64,000 nucleotides of DNA, taken from IMG/VR virus record IMGVR_UViG_3300006217_000029, positions 6,185 to 70,184 of that record; one strand, written 5' to 3'. Below, one piece after another: positions 18,277-27,898 of this stretch. The position numbers were made by a program, and so were the translations under genes. The DNA comes from a virus (taxonomy: Duplodnaviria; Caudoviricetes). Every line of letters begins with the position of its first letter. Within the stretch, counting starts at the first letter, position 1. The notes below the pieces were generated by a model, which was not told the DNA's origin, made no database searches, and saw nothing but the letters and a program-made list of their open reading frames with translations.

Positions 18277-18624
18277 CTACAGGCGGATTTCCTCTGCCTG
18301 AAACCCGAATTGGTGCAGAATTTCAATACGGCACAAATCAATGTCCATCACAACGACATTCACGCCCTGCAAGATGATGCCCTCCACATCAATGGGCAAT
18401 TTCCGCGCGATTGCCATTTCCATGAGTACATCAAGGTCGCCGCCCTTGCTGAGAGGGTCATGCCTGAACGGGGTGAGGTTATGCCCCCACGCCGGATAGT
18501 GCGCCATTGTCCCTTCCGGGGTATCAAGCCATTCCCTGATACGCTCGCTCATGGCATCGCCATCGGAAAATCGCTCAACATCGTCCCCTGGTGAGGATTT
18601 GAGCATTCGCTGTGCTTCAATCAT
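18277..18624 (-). CDS. PmgA-like (gpW/gp25-like) baseplate protein
   Basis: REWLDTPEGTMAHYPAWGHNL pattern; synteny. Confidence 0.7.
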   Translation of the reverse strand: MIEAQRMLKSSPGDDVERFSDGDAMSERIREWLDTPEGTMAHYPAWGHNLTPFRHDPLSKGGDLDVLMEMAIARKLPIDVEGIILQGVNVVVMDIDLCRIEILHQFGFQAEEIRL

Positions 18625-18626
18625 GG

Positions 18627-21600
18627 TTATGCCCTATCGTGAGCGAGAGCCAGACAGAACGGATCGTCGTAGTCCATTGGAATATTCGGCGAACTCGCGT
18701 TTTCCGTATCTCGTTCCTTGCCTGTCGCATTTTGCCTGGTCACATCCACAAGCTGCGTGAGCAGCGCGATAACCTGCGAAAAATCAATTTGTTGCGGCGC
18801 GGCGAAAGGTTCAGGCCGAATCGGTTCCGGTTCTGGATAGCGTTGCGACGCCTGCGGCTGAACCTCTTGCACCGCCACAGTTTGCACTTCCTGCGGTGCG
18901 GCTGTGGCAGGAGAGGCGGAAGCAACAGAGGTCTGTTCCTTTTTCTCTGGGGACGCTTCGCGCGCTTCTGTGCCTGTTTGTCCCACGTCTGCAACGGTTG
19001 CACCTTCCGAGGGCTGAAATTGGCTTGCATCCGCAAGTTTTGTAATGTCTGTACCGTACAGATTGGCGCGTCCGTTCCACTTCTTGTACCATTCCTCATA
19101 ATCTGTAACGGTGACACCCTTGCGACTGCTGGATTCCGAAACCATCATCCTTCCGGTTTCGGCGTCCCGGTAGGTCTGGACAATATGGTCTATGCCGCCA
19201 AAACGGCCTCGGTCCCATCCCTTGTCGCCCGTGTCCATGCCAATCATCATGCCCTCGCGCACCCTGTCCGGCGCAAGAGCATCGTTGGACAAAAGTTCGC
19301 CTGTCGCTTCACTGACTGTCTGAATCAGGCCGGCGGCGCCACCATTAGCCCCCTTTCGCAAGACGGCCTGCGCTTCTTTTCCGTAGATTGGCTTACCGCT
19401 TTCGGCGTTCACCGCCTCCATCATGTTTCGGGTGTTCTCTGTCACCCAGCCTGAGCAATCAATGCCGCCAGAGCCAGAGTTTTTACTGCCGAAACTGTAG
19501 CGCACCCCACGGTCGATGGCTTCTTGTGTCCCAAGCTGCAAGGCCTGTGATGTCGCCTCCACGGCTGTTTGGGGCATTTGGGCAGCACCACGCCGCTCCC
19601 TTTGCAGCATTGCCAGAGCGACCTGACGTTCGTCGGCAAAACGGTTGCGAGCGGATTTCTGAACTTGGACAGTTGAAGAACTGAATTGCGTTGCCCGATC
19701 CGCATACAGGGCATTGATAAACTCTTCATCGCTCATGCCCTGCTTGAAGTTTCGGTTGATCAATTTTGCTGCGCCGCCCGCCCCATGCTGGACGGACGTG
19801 GACCATAGAACGTCCTGCAACGCCTTGGACCCTTCGACACGCTTCCGTAGTTCTTCACTTTGAATACCGGCAAATGCGGGATCAAAGTGAGTCGCCTTGA
19901 TGAAATCATGTTCCAGGGTTCCGAGCTTGCCTTCCCGCTCAAGGCTCCGCCATGTATCCACAGCCGCGCCTGATTTGCTTCCCGTGTTCAAGGGGCCGGA
20001 GGAGCGCATTCTGGCTGCGACTTCTTTTCCGTTTTCTCCACCATTTCGTTCGGCCCAGCGGAGAAAGGCATCCATTGTGCCGGTATTGGATGCAATTTGG
20101 TATTTTCCGTATGATGTACCGCCGGTACGATCATGGCCTATGGCGTCGCTGCCGTGGGCGCCACTCTCGTACTGTGCGGACAGCGCGCCAAGCTCCTTGC
20201 CCATGATGGCTTGCGCCCGTCTGGTTGCCCCCGTGTCCGAGCGTGTGCTCCGGTCGCCATCGCTGCTGCGGCTCCCGCTGTTGTCACCCCCGAAAAAGCG
20301 GGAGAAGAAGCCGCCCGCAGAAGCAATGATACCCGGCTTTTCTTTTTCCCTGATGTCATCATCAATCGTGTCTGTAAGTTCGGAAATGGCTTCGGTGAGC
20401 TTGCCGAAAAGCCCTTCCGAGCCTTCTTCATCGTCCGAAGAGAAGAGCGAGGTCACACCGCCCCACGCATCGGACAAGGTGGAGCCAATGGAATCGCCGA
20501 AGTCAAAAATACCCCTGGCAATATCAGACGTGGAAACCTCGAAGCCGAACAACCCCGCCGCCCCGGTGAGCAGACCTCCCATATCGAGGATATTTGCCGC
20601 CGCCGCGCTCGCCTTCTGCCCTGTGGAGGCCTCTTGCCCATCTTCAAGGCCGAACGCCTCCCGGTGCATGTCGGCATCATTCCAGCCGGATACGCCGTCA
20701 TAAAGCGCCATACCCGCGGCAAGGACCTGTCCTGCAATGGGAATGGCTTTCGCGGCCCCCAAGGCTCCTTTTGCGCCAAGCCCCAGGGCTTTTCCTGCCG
20801 CGCCTGCGGCCTTCCCGGCGCCGGGCGCGGACAATGCCGCGCTGCCAATATCAATGGCGGAACTCACGGGATCGCCGTTGAAAACCGACGCGCCCCCCAA
20901 CAGCGCCGCACCCGCTCCCGCAAGAAGCCCGAATTTTCCTCTCCGCCCCGGCATCCTGCCCGGTTTTGACGTTCCTGCTCCGCGCGCGCCACGCCTGCGG
21001 CCCATGCGGTCAACAAGACCGTCTTCCCCGAAGATGCCGCCTCCGCCATGCTTTGGCCCTTGCTTGACAGCCTCCACCAGTTCATCATGGCGCTTTTTAC
21101 CTTCCCGCGCTTCCTGCGATGCCAGAGCCAGAGTTTTTTCCGCAATTTTGGATTCTTTGCCTGCCCCCTTGATGAAGCGGCCCTGTTTGTCGCGGTTGCC
21201 CCGTTTCGGAGCGTCAACTTTTCCCCCGGCCCATGTCACCACTTTTGCCCGTGCTGTCTCTGCGGCGCGGTCTATCCTTTCCCTTGCGGCAGTGACGCCC
21301 GTTTTTTGCGCGATGGTCTTTTTCAGGACGCCGGCAAGGCTGTCATCCTCCTTGTCGTTTTCCGGGATAACCTCTTTCAGTTCCTTGAGTGCCGACCAGA
21401 GCGGACCTCCAGCGGCCAGACCCGCCGCGTCCTGCATGTCGGATTTGTCGGAGGAGGCAACGGAACCGTCCCACGAAGCAAGGTTTTGCTTCAATGCCCC
21501 CAAAATGCCCTTGGATTGCTTCTGGGCAATCGCTTCTTCGCGTTTTTGCGCGAGGGCTTCCTGGCTTTTGGTGGGGAGAGGAAGCGGGGCGTCGGGTTCT

Positions 21601-22058
21601 TTTTGCTTCCGGGCCGCGTGCGGGCCAGTTCCACCCCCAAGACCGTCGTCTTGGTTTTTCCCTTTTCCGGCAGGGTGTGGAGCTTTGGTTGCGGAGCGCC
21701 CACCAAGAGGGCTGCTGGAAGCGGCTTTCTCCTGGTGAGCGGGCGGCGAGGGGATAATACTGCGGGATGGGCGACGTTCAGCGGGAGCCGTGCGGGCAGT
21801 CGTTCGCATTGCTGCATTGCTGTGGGCGGCACCTGGGCCGCCAGCCTGCTTCTTTCCCGCCTTCGCTTCTTCCTTCGGACGTGCGGGCGTGGCCACCGCT
21901 GCCGCTGACAATCCCCGGCCAGCGCCGCCACGGGTGTTGGCCTCGATTTGTTCAAGAAGTTCCGCGATATGCGCCCAGAATTGTTCCCCTTGGGCATCGT
22001 CCTGTTTTTGATTGAGTTCCGGCACGTCCTGGAAGGGCAGTCTTTTGTCTTCGTCCAT
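18627..22058 (-). CDS. Tape-measure-like protein (Sit position) with lysozyme-like and NlpC/P60-like domains
   Basis: Ala/Gly-rich, >1100 aa; LSAQYESG..SYGKYQI and GIDCSGW..DHIV motifs; ATG 22058 with GGAGG RBS. Confidence 0.8.
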   Translation of the reverse strand: MDEDKRLPFQDVPELNQKQDDAQGEQFWAHIAELLEQIEANTRGGAGRGLSAAAVATPARPKEEAKAGKKQAGGPGAAHSNAAMRTTARTAPAERRPSRSIIPSPPAHQEKAASSSPLGGRSATKAPHPAGKGKNQDDGLGGGTGPHAARKQKEPDAPLPLPTKSQEALAQKREEAIAQKQSKGILGALKQNLASWDGSVASSDKSDMQDAAGLAAGGPLWSALKELKEVIPENDKEDDSLAGVLKKTIAQKTGVTAARERIDRAAETARAKVVTWAGGKVDAPKRGNRDKQGRFIKGAGKESKIAEKTLALASQEAREGKKRHDELVEAVKQGPKHGGGGIFGEDGLVDRMGRRRGARGAGTSKPGRMPGRRGKFGLLAGAGAALLGGASVFNGDPVSSAIDIGSAALSAPGAGKAAGAAGKALGLGAKGALGAAKAIPIAGQVLAAGMALYDGVSGWNDADMHREAFGLEDGQEASTGQKASAAAANILDMGGLLTGAAGLFGFEVSTSDIARGIFDFGDSIGSTLSDAWGGVTSLFSSDDEEGSEGLFGKLTEAISELTDTIDDDIREKEKPGIIASAGGFFSRFFGGDNSGSRSSDGDRSTRSDTGATRRAQAIMGKELGALSAQYESGAHGSDAIGHDRTGGTSYGKYQIASNTGTMDAFLRWAERNGGENGKEVAARMRSSGPLNTGSKSGAAVDTWRSLEREGKLGTLEHDFIKATHFDPAFAGIQSEELRKRVEGSKALQDVLWSTSVQHGAGGAAKLINRNFKQGMSDEEFINALYADRATQFSSSTVQVQKSARNRFADERQVALAMLQRERRGAAQMPQTAVEATSQALQLGTQEAIDRGVRYSFGSKNSGSGGIDCSGWVTENTRNMMEAVNAESGKPIYGKEAQAVLRKGANGGAAGLIQTVSEATGELLSNDALAPDRVREGMMIGMDTGDKGWDRGRFGGIDHIVQTYRDAETGRMMVSESSSRKGVTVTDYEEWYKKWNGRANLYGTDITKLADASQFQPSEGATVADVGQTGTEAREASPEKKEQTSVASASPATAAPQEVQTVAVQEVQPQASQRYPEPEPIRPEPFAAPQQIDFSQVIALLTQLVDVTRQNATGKERDTENASSPNIPMDYDDPFCLALAHDRA

Positions 22059-22060
22059 CG

Positions 22061-22232
22061 TCACCTCCGGCCACCCTTGCGGTTCCTCGTGGCATTTTTG
22101 ATGGCCTTGTGGCGCTTTATTGCGTTTTCGTGGAGTGCAAGCACCCGGCGAGCCGGACACGCAAGCAGACTGCCAAGGCTTTGGCTGTCATTCAGGCATA
22201 GATTGCTCAGAATCGTATCCCACGCACGGGGA
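22061..22232 (-). CDS. Start-less ORF in +1 frame after the tail chaperone (putative frameshift extension)
   Basis: Open frame YSPRAWDTILSNLCLNDSQ...KGGRR* without in-frame ATG, filling the gap between chaperone and tape measure. Confidence 0.5.
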
Positions 22233-23048
22233 CTATACCCGCGGAATGTAGTCGAAAGCCCGAAAGGGAAACTGAAGCCGGATTCCCGGCCCCTCCTTGT
22301 CCCTGCCCTCCGGGCACCGCACCGGAGGAGTTTCGAGCAGGATTCGCCCGTCTTTGAAGACAGATTGCAACCCGTGTCGCATTTCGGCGAGGGCGTTCAT
22401 CACCTTGCTGCTGAAACCTTGAAACTCGCTGGTGGACATGCTCAGAATGAATTTTTCGACCGGTTTTCGGCGTTCCTGCTCTGTTTTGCCTTCCATGGCC
22501 GGAATGTCGATGCAGGAAAGAATGCGGAGCAGGGCAAGCTGGCTGCGTTCCTTTCTGGCGATGGCGTTCTTTTCCTGCTCCAGGGCTATGATGCCCATGC
22601 GGGTTTTCTCGATGATTTCCGCGTCCACGCCCAACAGAGGATGAACGATGACGGCGTGTCCCTCATGCACCACGTCTCGTAGAGGCTTTCCGGCAATGGG
22701 GGTGTATTCTTCGGCCATGGCCGCCAGTTTGACGGATACGGTATGTGTCACTTCATGTCCCGCCGCCTCCGAACACGGCTGGCAGGCATAAGTAAGGGGA
22801 AGATCAGCGAACTGCGTTGTGTGCAGGTGGTACATGAAGAGCGCATAGCGTCTGTCCTCGACCGTCCACTGTCTGGGATCGGTGTATTTTTCCTTCGCCT
22901 GAAGACGCTCCAGAAAAAGGCTTGTGGCTTCCTCTTCGCAAAGCGGGTCAACCCCGGAAAAATCAATGGCGTCGGCCACTGTCGCTTCGGCGAGACGGAC
23001 GCTCCTTGCGGGGTCGGATGGAAGGCAGAAATCTGGAAGAAACGACAT
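22233..23048 (-). CDS. PmgB-like tail assembly chaperone
   Basis: Between tube and tape measure genes; GAGG RBS before ATG 23048. Confidence 0.7.
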   Translation of the reverse strand: MSFLPDFCLPSDPARSVRLAEATVADAIDFSGVDPLCEEEATSLFLERLQAKEKYTDPRQWTVEDRRYALFMYHLHTTQFADLPLTYACQPCSEAAGHEVTHTVSVKLAAMAEEYTPIAGKPLRDVVHEGHAVIVHPLLGVDAEIIEKTRMGIIALEQEKNAIARKERSQLALLRILSCIDIPAMEGKTEQERRKPVEKFILSMSTSEFQGFSSKVMNALAEMRHGLQSVFKDGRILLETPPVRCPEGRDKEGPGIRLQFPFRAFDYIPRV

Positions 23049-23055
23049 GGATACC

Positions 23056-23577
23056 TCACAGGAATTGAGCGGGGCTTGTTGCCGTGCTGAACTGAACAAA
23101 GGCTACGGGAAATTCCTTGTAAGCGCCGTTCTCGCGGGAGCGGCTCGTTTCTCCCGGTGTGGTGGCGTACATTTCCCATTCACCGGCCAGGGTTTCCGAG
23201 CCGTCATCACGCTGCTCATAGACCCGAACCTTGCGGACATATCCATCGGCGCCGTAGGGCAGACCCACGGTTCCATCAGCATGGACGGCTTTCTCGCACC
23301 ATTCACAGACGAATGCGCTTATCCTGCGGTCCGAGTTGTCCCGCATGGTGGCGGTGATTTTTACCGGCACACGTCCTGTTGGCCACGACATGGTGACCCC
23401 GCCATAGTTTTCTTCATCCGTTGTGATTTCGAGCGGGTTGTAGGCGATGTCCTTGACGTACAAATCAAGGTCGGCAGGTTCCCCCTCGACTTCGAGCCGA
23501 AAGAGCCAGTCCTTTTGAAAATCAGTGGCTACCAGCTTCCGGGCCAGCATCCGCAACTTGTTGAAATCCTCCGCCAC
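23056..23577 (-). CDS. tub: Tub-like tail tube protein
   Basis: FQKDWLFRLEVEG...VKDIAYNP...ITATMRD...ADGT; synteny. Confidence 0.7.
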   Translation of the reverse strand: MAEDFNKLRMLARKLVATDFQKDWLFRLEVEGEPADLDLYVKDIAYNPLEITTDEENYGGVTMSWPTGRVPVKITATMRDNSDRRISAFVCEWCEKAVHADGTVGLPYGADGYVRKVRVYEQRDDGSETLAGEWEMYATTPGETSRSRENGAYKEFPVAFVQFSTATSPAQFL

Positions 23578-23587
23578 GGCCCCTCCA

Positions 23588-24139
23588 TCAGCAAATAACC
23601 AGGCTCACCGGCAAAATCGCGCGGCTTTCTTCCATCTGCTGTTCGAGTTCTGTCAGGCGCGCCCGCAATTCCTGCATCGAGGGCAGGTCTGGAATGGGAC
23701 CGTCCATGCCGTGATAGGCGTCACGGGTGCGCGAAGTGTTCGGGATGTCGATGAGCGCTTCGAGGTAGTCGCCCACCAGGCCGACACAGCCGTAGGGAAG
23801 CGGACGGTCATCCGGCCAGTCACGAAGCCGTGCCAGCCAATAAAGCGTCAGGGGACCGGATGCGGCTTCCGGCGAAAACACAAGCTTCCCCTCTGCATCG
23901 TCCACAAACACCGGGACGTGCCGAAGCATTTCGTCCTGGCATTCCGCAATGGTGAGGTAGAGTTCCGGGAGTTCGGCCTCTGTCGTTCCCGCGGGGTATC
24001 TGGTCTGAAGAAGAACACCCGCCTTGTCCTGATATTTGCCAAGGGATTGCCGCAAAAGGCGTCGCAGTGCCGCATCATTATTGTGATACAGCACCACGAA
24101 ACGCCCCTTCACTTCTTCGAGCAGTTCCAGAGGGGTCAT
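23588..24139 (-). CDS. Head-tail connector-like protein (PmgC position)
   Basis: MTPLELLEEVKGRF...YQDKAG...DYLEALIDIPNT; synteny. Confidence 0.6.
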   Translation of the reverse strand: MTPLELLEEVKGRFVVLYHNNDAALRRLLRQSLGKYQDKAGVLLQTRYPAGTTEAELPELYLTIAECQDEMLRHVPVFVDDAEGKLVFSPEAASGPLTLYWLARLRDWPDDRPLPYGCVGLVGDYLEALIDIPNTSRTRDAYHGMDGPIPDLPSMQELRARLTELEQQMEESRAILPVSLVIC

Positions 24140-24152
24140 AGGTGCCCGTCAA

Positions 24153-24680
24153 TCAGAGGGAAAGGGTTCCGTCCTGGTCGTCGTCCAGCCAGCTAATCCA
24201 GTTGGCGTGGAGCGTACCCGCCGGTCGCACGAGGCTTGCGCCGTCCTCAACGGACAGGTCGGCGCCTTCAAGTTCCAGCCAGCAATCTTCCAGAACAACA
24301 GTGGTGTTCCTGTTGGACGTGGGGAAGGACTCCCCGGCCAGACCGATTTTGACGTTCAGGTACTTCTTGTTTTTCACCCAGTCCCGAACCGCCTTGTAGG
24401 CTTCTCCCGAAATCACCTCCTTGAAGGTGATGGGAACGTCCTGCGCGTTTTTATAGCGGCCCTGCTGGTTGAACTGCACCCCTTGCGGGCCGTAGCTTTC
24501 GATGTTTTCGCGCATGAGCGCCGGAAGCTGCGTGGACTGGCACAGATAGCGAAGGTTCGGGTAGCCTTCGATGGTCAGAATGAACTCATCGGAAGCCACA
24601 CCTTCGCCCAGAGCGAGCAGCCTGCGGTATCCGGCGCGAATCTTGGGAATGTTCCCCGCCACATCCGATATGTTTGCCAT
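24153..24680 (-). CDS. bplB: BplB-like tube-fold baseplate protein
   Basis: STQLPALMRENIESYGPQGVQFNQQG resembles P1 BplB as recalled. Confidence 0.75.
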   Translation of the reverse strand: MANISDVAGNIPKIRAGYRRLLALGEGVASDEFILTIEGYPNLRYLCQSTQLPALMRENIESYGPQGVQFNQQGRYKNAQDVPITFKEVISGEAYKAVRDWVKNKKYLNVKIGLAGESFPTSNRNTTVVLEDCWLELEGADLSVEDGASLVRPAGTLHANWISWLDDDQDGTLSL

Positions 24681-24839
24681 GTTGTTTCCCCTTTAGAGCA
24701 TTTTGCTTTTGAAATTGGACAATTTCAAAAGCGGCGCTGCCCTCATTTCGCCTGAAAAGCGTGGTTTTCAGGCTCATTCGGCGCGGGCGTCCGCTTTCGC
24801 GGCCGCCAGAGCGGCTGTCGTTTTCAACGGCAAACCGCT

Positions 24840-25421
24840 CTAGGCTTGTTGGCCGTAGCCTTTTCGCAGCATGTCCTTGCTTATCATGGTAAGCGTGGAA
24901 AGCTGGATATTCAGTGTCGCCCGGACAAATCTGCCCTGGGAGTCAATTTCCTTGTCGAAGGGCTGCGAAATGGAATCTATCACCATGTCGGTGAAAATAT
25001 GGCGCGTCCCGATATTCACGCACACCCGGTCGGGGATTCGTCCCCCCGCCGGTTGCATGTCATTCACGTCCGGCGCGGCCATGAACTCAAGCGCACGAAT
25101 GGGCTGCATAACCTCGGTTTCCGGGTCTTCAAGAGCATAGAGCTTCAATTCGATGTTGAAGGTTGTGGGCCTGTTCCCCTCCCATGTCTGGCGGGAGTTC
25201 AGCGTCGTCACGGTGGTCATGTCCGTGGCGGCCTGCGCCACTCCGCCCGCAAGGGGAATCTTGTTGCCTATGCTCTCTCCCTCAAACGGCGAAGTCCAGT
25301 TCGCCGTCAGTTCCTTGGATGTGCCTGTACCCCAGACACCGACAACCGTGGCCTCGCTCCCCTGTATCCAGCACTTGCGGAACAGGGAAATACGGGTATC
25401 ACGGTTGCCGATGCCTTCCAT
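24840..25421 (-). CDS. pmgG: PmgG-like tail tube initiator
   Basis: WTSPFEG, TWEGNRPTTF, GGRIPDRVCVNIG motifs. Confidence 0.7.
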   Translation of the reverse strand: MEGIGNRDTRISLFRKCWIQGSEATVVGVWGTGTSKELTANWTSPFEGESIGNKIPLAGGVAQAATDMTTVTTLNSRQTWEGNRPTTFNIELKLYALEDPETEVMQPIRALEFMAAPDVNDMQPAGGRIPDRVCVNIGTRHIFTDMVIDSISQPFDKEIDSQGRFVRATLNIQLSTLTMISKDMLRKGYGQQA

Positions 25422-25430
25422 GTCGCGGAC

Positions 25431-26156
25431 CTACATGCCGCGCCGTGCGCGGAGACGCATGGATTTTTTGCGATGAAGCCGGGCCGCCGCCGTGTTGGCC
25501 TTGCGCCGGGCCTTGCGAAGCCCGGCCTTCTGTGCGGCGGAAAGGCGCACCTTGCCGGAAATGCGCTTGTTGATTTTCACCACCTTGCCGTCGCGGACGA
25601 CCTTCTGCTTGCGATAGGTGGCTTCCAGAATCATGTGACGGCCTTCGGGGTCGTCGGAGGCATTCTCGAAAACGGCGTCTTCACCGAGCGCGAACCCGGC
25701 AATGATTTCGTCGTCATCAGCTTCCAGTTCATCAAGGCGTTCTTTCAGAGCCTTGCCGACGCGAGCGGCCGCATCGGCGCTGGCCTTGCCTTCGCCGTTC
25801 ACGAAGTCGTTGGCATCGGCCTCGGTAGCGCCGAGGCTCAGAAGAGCGTCAGGAACTTCGGCCCAGACGGCGTTGTAGATAGCCTCTTCCTCGTCGCTGA
25901 TTTCAAAATCGCCGTCGAGGTCGGCCATGCCGATGATGTACTCATCCAAGGCGTTGTAGTTGTACTCGCCATCCTCGACCCACGCGAGAACGGCGGACAT
26001 GGCCTGTGTGCGCGTCTGCTGTCGGGCAAAGACCTGTACCGCGTCTGTGCCTGTTTTCGGTTTGTCCGCGGATTCCAGAACGCCGGAAAGAGCCTGCCCG
26101 CGCCGTGTGGCCGGAAAGGTGAAGTCATCGTCAAAGGTGAAGGATTGTTTATTCAT
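25431..26156 (-). CDS. P1 gp21-like structural protein
   Basis: Acidic body; basic tail VRLSAAQKAGLRKARRKANTAAARLHRKKSMRLR. Confidence 0.75.
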   Translation of the reverse strand: MNKQSFTFDDDFTFPATRRGQALSGVLESADKPKTGTDAVQVFARQQTRTQAMSAVLAWVEDGEYNYNALDEYIIGMADLDGDFEISDEEEAIYNAVWAEVPDALLSLGATEADANDFVNGEGKASADAAARVGKALKERLDELEADDDEIIAGFALGEDAVFENASDDPEGRHMILEATYRKQKVVRDGKVVKINKRISGKVRLSAAQKAGLRKARRKANTAAARLHRKKSMRLRARRGM

Positions 26157-26165
26157 TTCCGTTCC

Positions 26166-27896
26166 TTACCGCATGAGGCGGGGTTGCCCGGCAATGCGCC
26201 GCGCCGCGCCGGTGATGCAGACGGCCCATTCGCAGTGCCAGAGGTCGATTTCGACTTGTGTGATGGTGATGATGTACGGCTTCGTACCGTCCTTGTCCGG
26301 CTCTCGCGGCGAAACCAGCGCGCCGGAAGTGACAAGTTCATCCATGATGGTTTTGAGCAGGTCGTAGAGGATTTCGCGCGTCAGGCCATCCGGCTCGAAC
26401 TTGGCGATCCGCGCCGCCTCCACGAAGCGCTGGTCGATGTAGTCCAGCACATCGTTTATCCAGCCGAAGCGGAGGTAGGATTCGCGGAAGAACTGCGTCA
26501 GGTCGTCATCGGCGCAGGCTCCGCCCGATGTCATGTCGATGATGGGGTTGAGCCGTGCGGTGTAGAAGGTATCCCGGTTGATGTTCTGCTCCGGGAACAG
26601 CGGGGCGACACCCGTGCGCGAAAGGTAGCCGCGTTTCTCTCCGGCGGGGGAGTAGTGTATGCCCGGCACGTTCTTCGTGAATATGGCGTTCCCGCGGGCC
26701 TTTGCGGCGGCCATGGCCCCGGAAACGCCCCACACTGTCTTGCCGCCGCGCCACGGGTCCGACGCCTCATAGGGAGCATAGTAGGCCCGCGAATGACGGG
26801 AGTTGAGGCCCAGTTCCTTGAGCCATTCAAGGGCGCTGTCCTGCGGGAGGTAGGAAGGCACGTCGAAGAAAAAGCCGATATGGCGGAAATCCGCGATTTC
26901 CGCCAGGCGGGCGATGATGTCCTGCTCCGCAATGCCTGCCGCAAAAATCATGTTCAGCGGCATGGATTCGCGGCGAAGGAGTTCCACGGCCTTGAACCAG
27001 TCATCATTTTCGGGCTGGCCGCCGGACGTGCCGCCTTCAAAGCCGAAGCTCCGCGGCATGGCCTTCTTGTCTTCAAGGGCAAGCAGAACCGATTCGAGGT
27101 CTTCCCACGCTGTTCCTTCAAGGAAGTCACACCGAAAGCGTTTGGACTGTGTTTCAAGAACGGTTTCGATGTAGGCCGGACGCCCCATATCGTCCTTGTC
27201 ATCCTCGTTGATGCCGACAAGATGTGATTCGAGGGCGTATTCATAGCCGGTATCATCCACATCGTAGAACACCAGCCTGAAGCGGCGCCGCTCCTTGTCC
27301 ACATCCTCGAAACGGAGCGTGCGCCGGATACTGGCATCGCCGTCAATGGGATATACCACGAGCCAGAAGCCGTCATCGCCAACAATGACGCTTTCATTGT
27401 GACGGTGCGCGTCCTTCTCAACGGGGCCGGTGTATTCCAGCCATTCCCCGGTTCCGGTTGCGGGGGGCGTCGCCGATGCGGCCACATCAGTCGCGGCAAT
27501 GTACTTCCTGCCATCACAGGAAACGACATCGCCGGGCGCATAATCCGTTTTGGAATCCCATTCGCCGCATTCCCTGAACATGAGGAAGCCGAGGGACGGA
27601 TAACGGTATTCCTGCTGGTTCACCACTCGCACAGCCTGAACCCAGTTGCATTCCCTGGCTGCTTCGGAGAGATGCCGCAGTCCTTCCATGCCGTAGGCTT
27701 TCTTCGGCAGGGGAGAGCCAAAGGTGTCTTCCTGGCTTGTGCCCACGCCGAATATTTCATGTACGGTGAAGGGGCGTCCCTTGCCGGCAAGGATGACGCA
27801 TCCCCCGACACTGACCGGCCCGCCGCCTGTCTTGTAGGTGTTGTCGATTGGCTCAAGGACGGTGATTTCCGCCGCATTGGTGATGACGCTCTTCAT
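26166..27896 (-). CDS. Contractile tail sheath protein (gp22-like)
   Basis: 576 aa; C-terminal ELVTSGALV...ITITQVEIDLW...TGAARRI; directly after capsid genes. Confidence 0.8.
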   Translation of the reverse strand: MKSVITNAAEITVLEPIDNTYKTGGGPVSVGGCVILAGKGRPFTVHEIFGVGTSQEDTFGSPLPKKAYGMEGLRHLSEAARECNWVQAVRVVNQQEYRYPSLGFLMFRECGEWDSKTDYAPGDVVSCDGRKYIAATDVAASATPPATGTGEWLEYTGPVEKDAHRHNESVIVGDDGFWLVVYPIDGDASIRRTLRFEDVDKERRRFRLVFYDVDDTGYEYALESHLVGINEDDKDDMGRPAYIETVLETQSKRFRCDFLEGTAWEDLESVLLALEDKKAMPRSFGFEGGTSGGQPENDDWFKAVELLRRESMPLNMIFAAGIAEQDIIARLAEIADFRHIGFFFDVPSYLPQDSALEWLKELGLNSRHSRAYYAPYEASDPWRGGKTVWGVSGAMAAAKARGNAIFTKNVPGIHYSPAGEKRGYLSRTGVAPLFPEQNINRDTFYTARLNPIIDMTSGGACADDDLTQFFRESYLRFGWINDVLDYIDQRFVEAARIAKFEPDGLTREILYDLLKTIMDELVTSGALVSPREPDKDGTKPYIITITQVEIDLWHCEWAVCITGAARRIAGQPRLMR

Positions 27897-27898
27897 GG

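Noticed and set aside
24846-27227. 793-aa plus-strand ORF
   Set aside because: Antisense shadow of the GC-rich sheath, gp21 and pmgG genes; no recognisable motifs.
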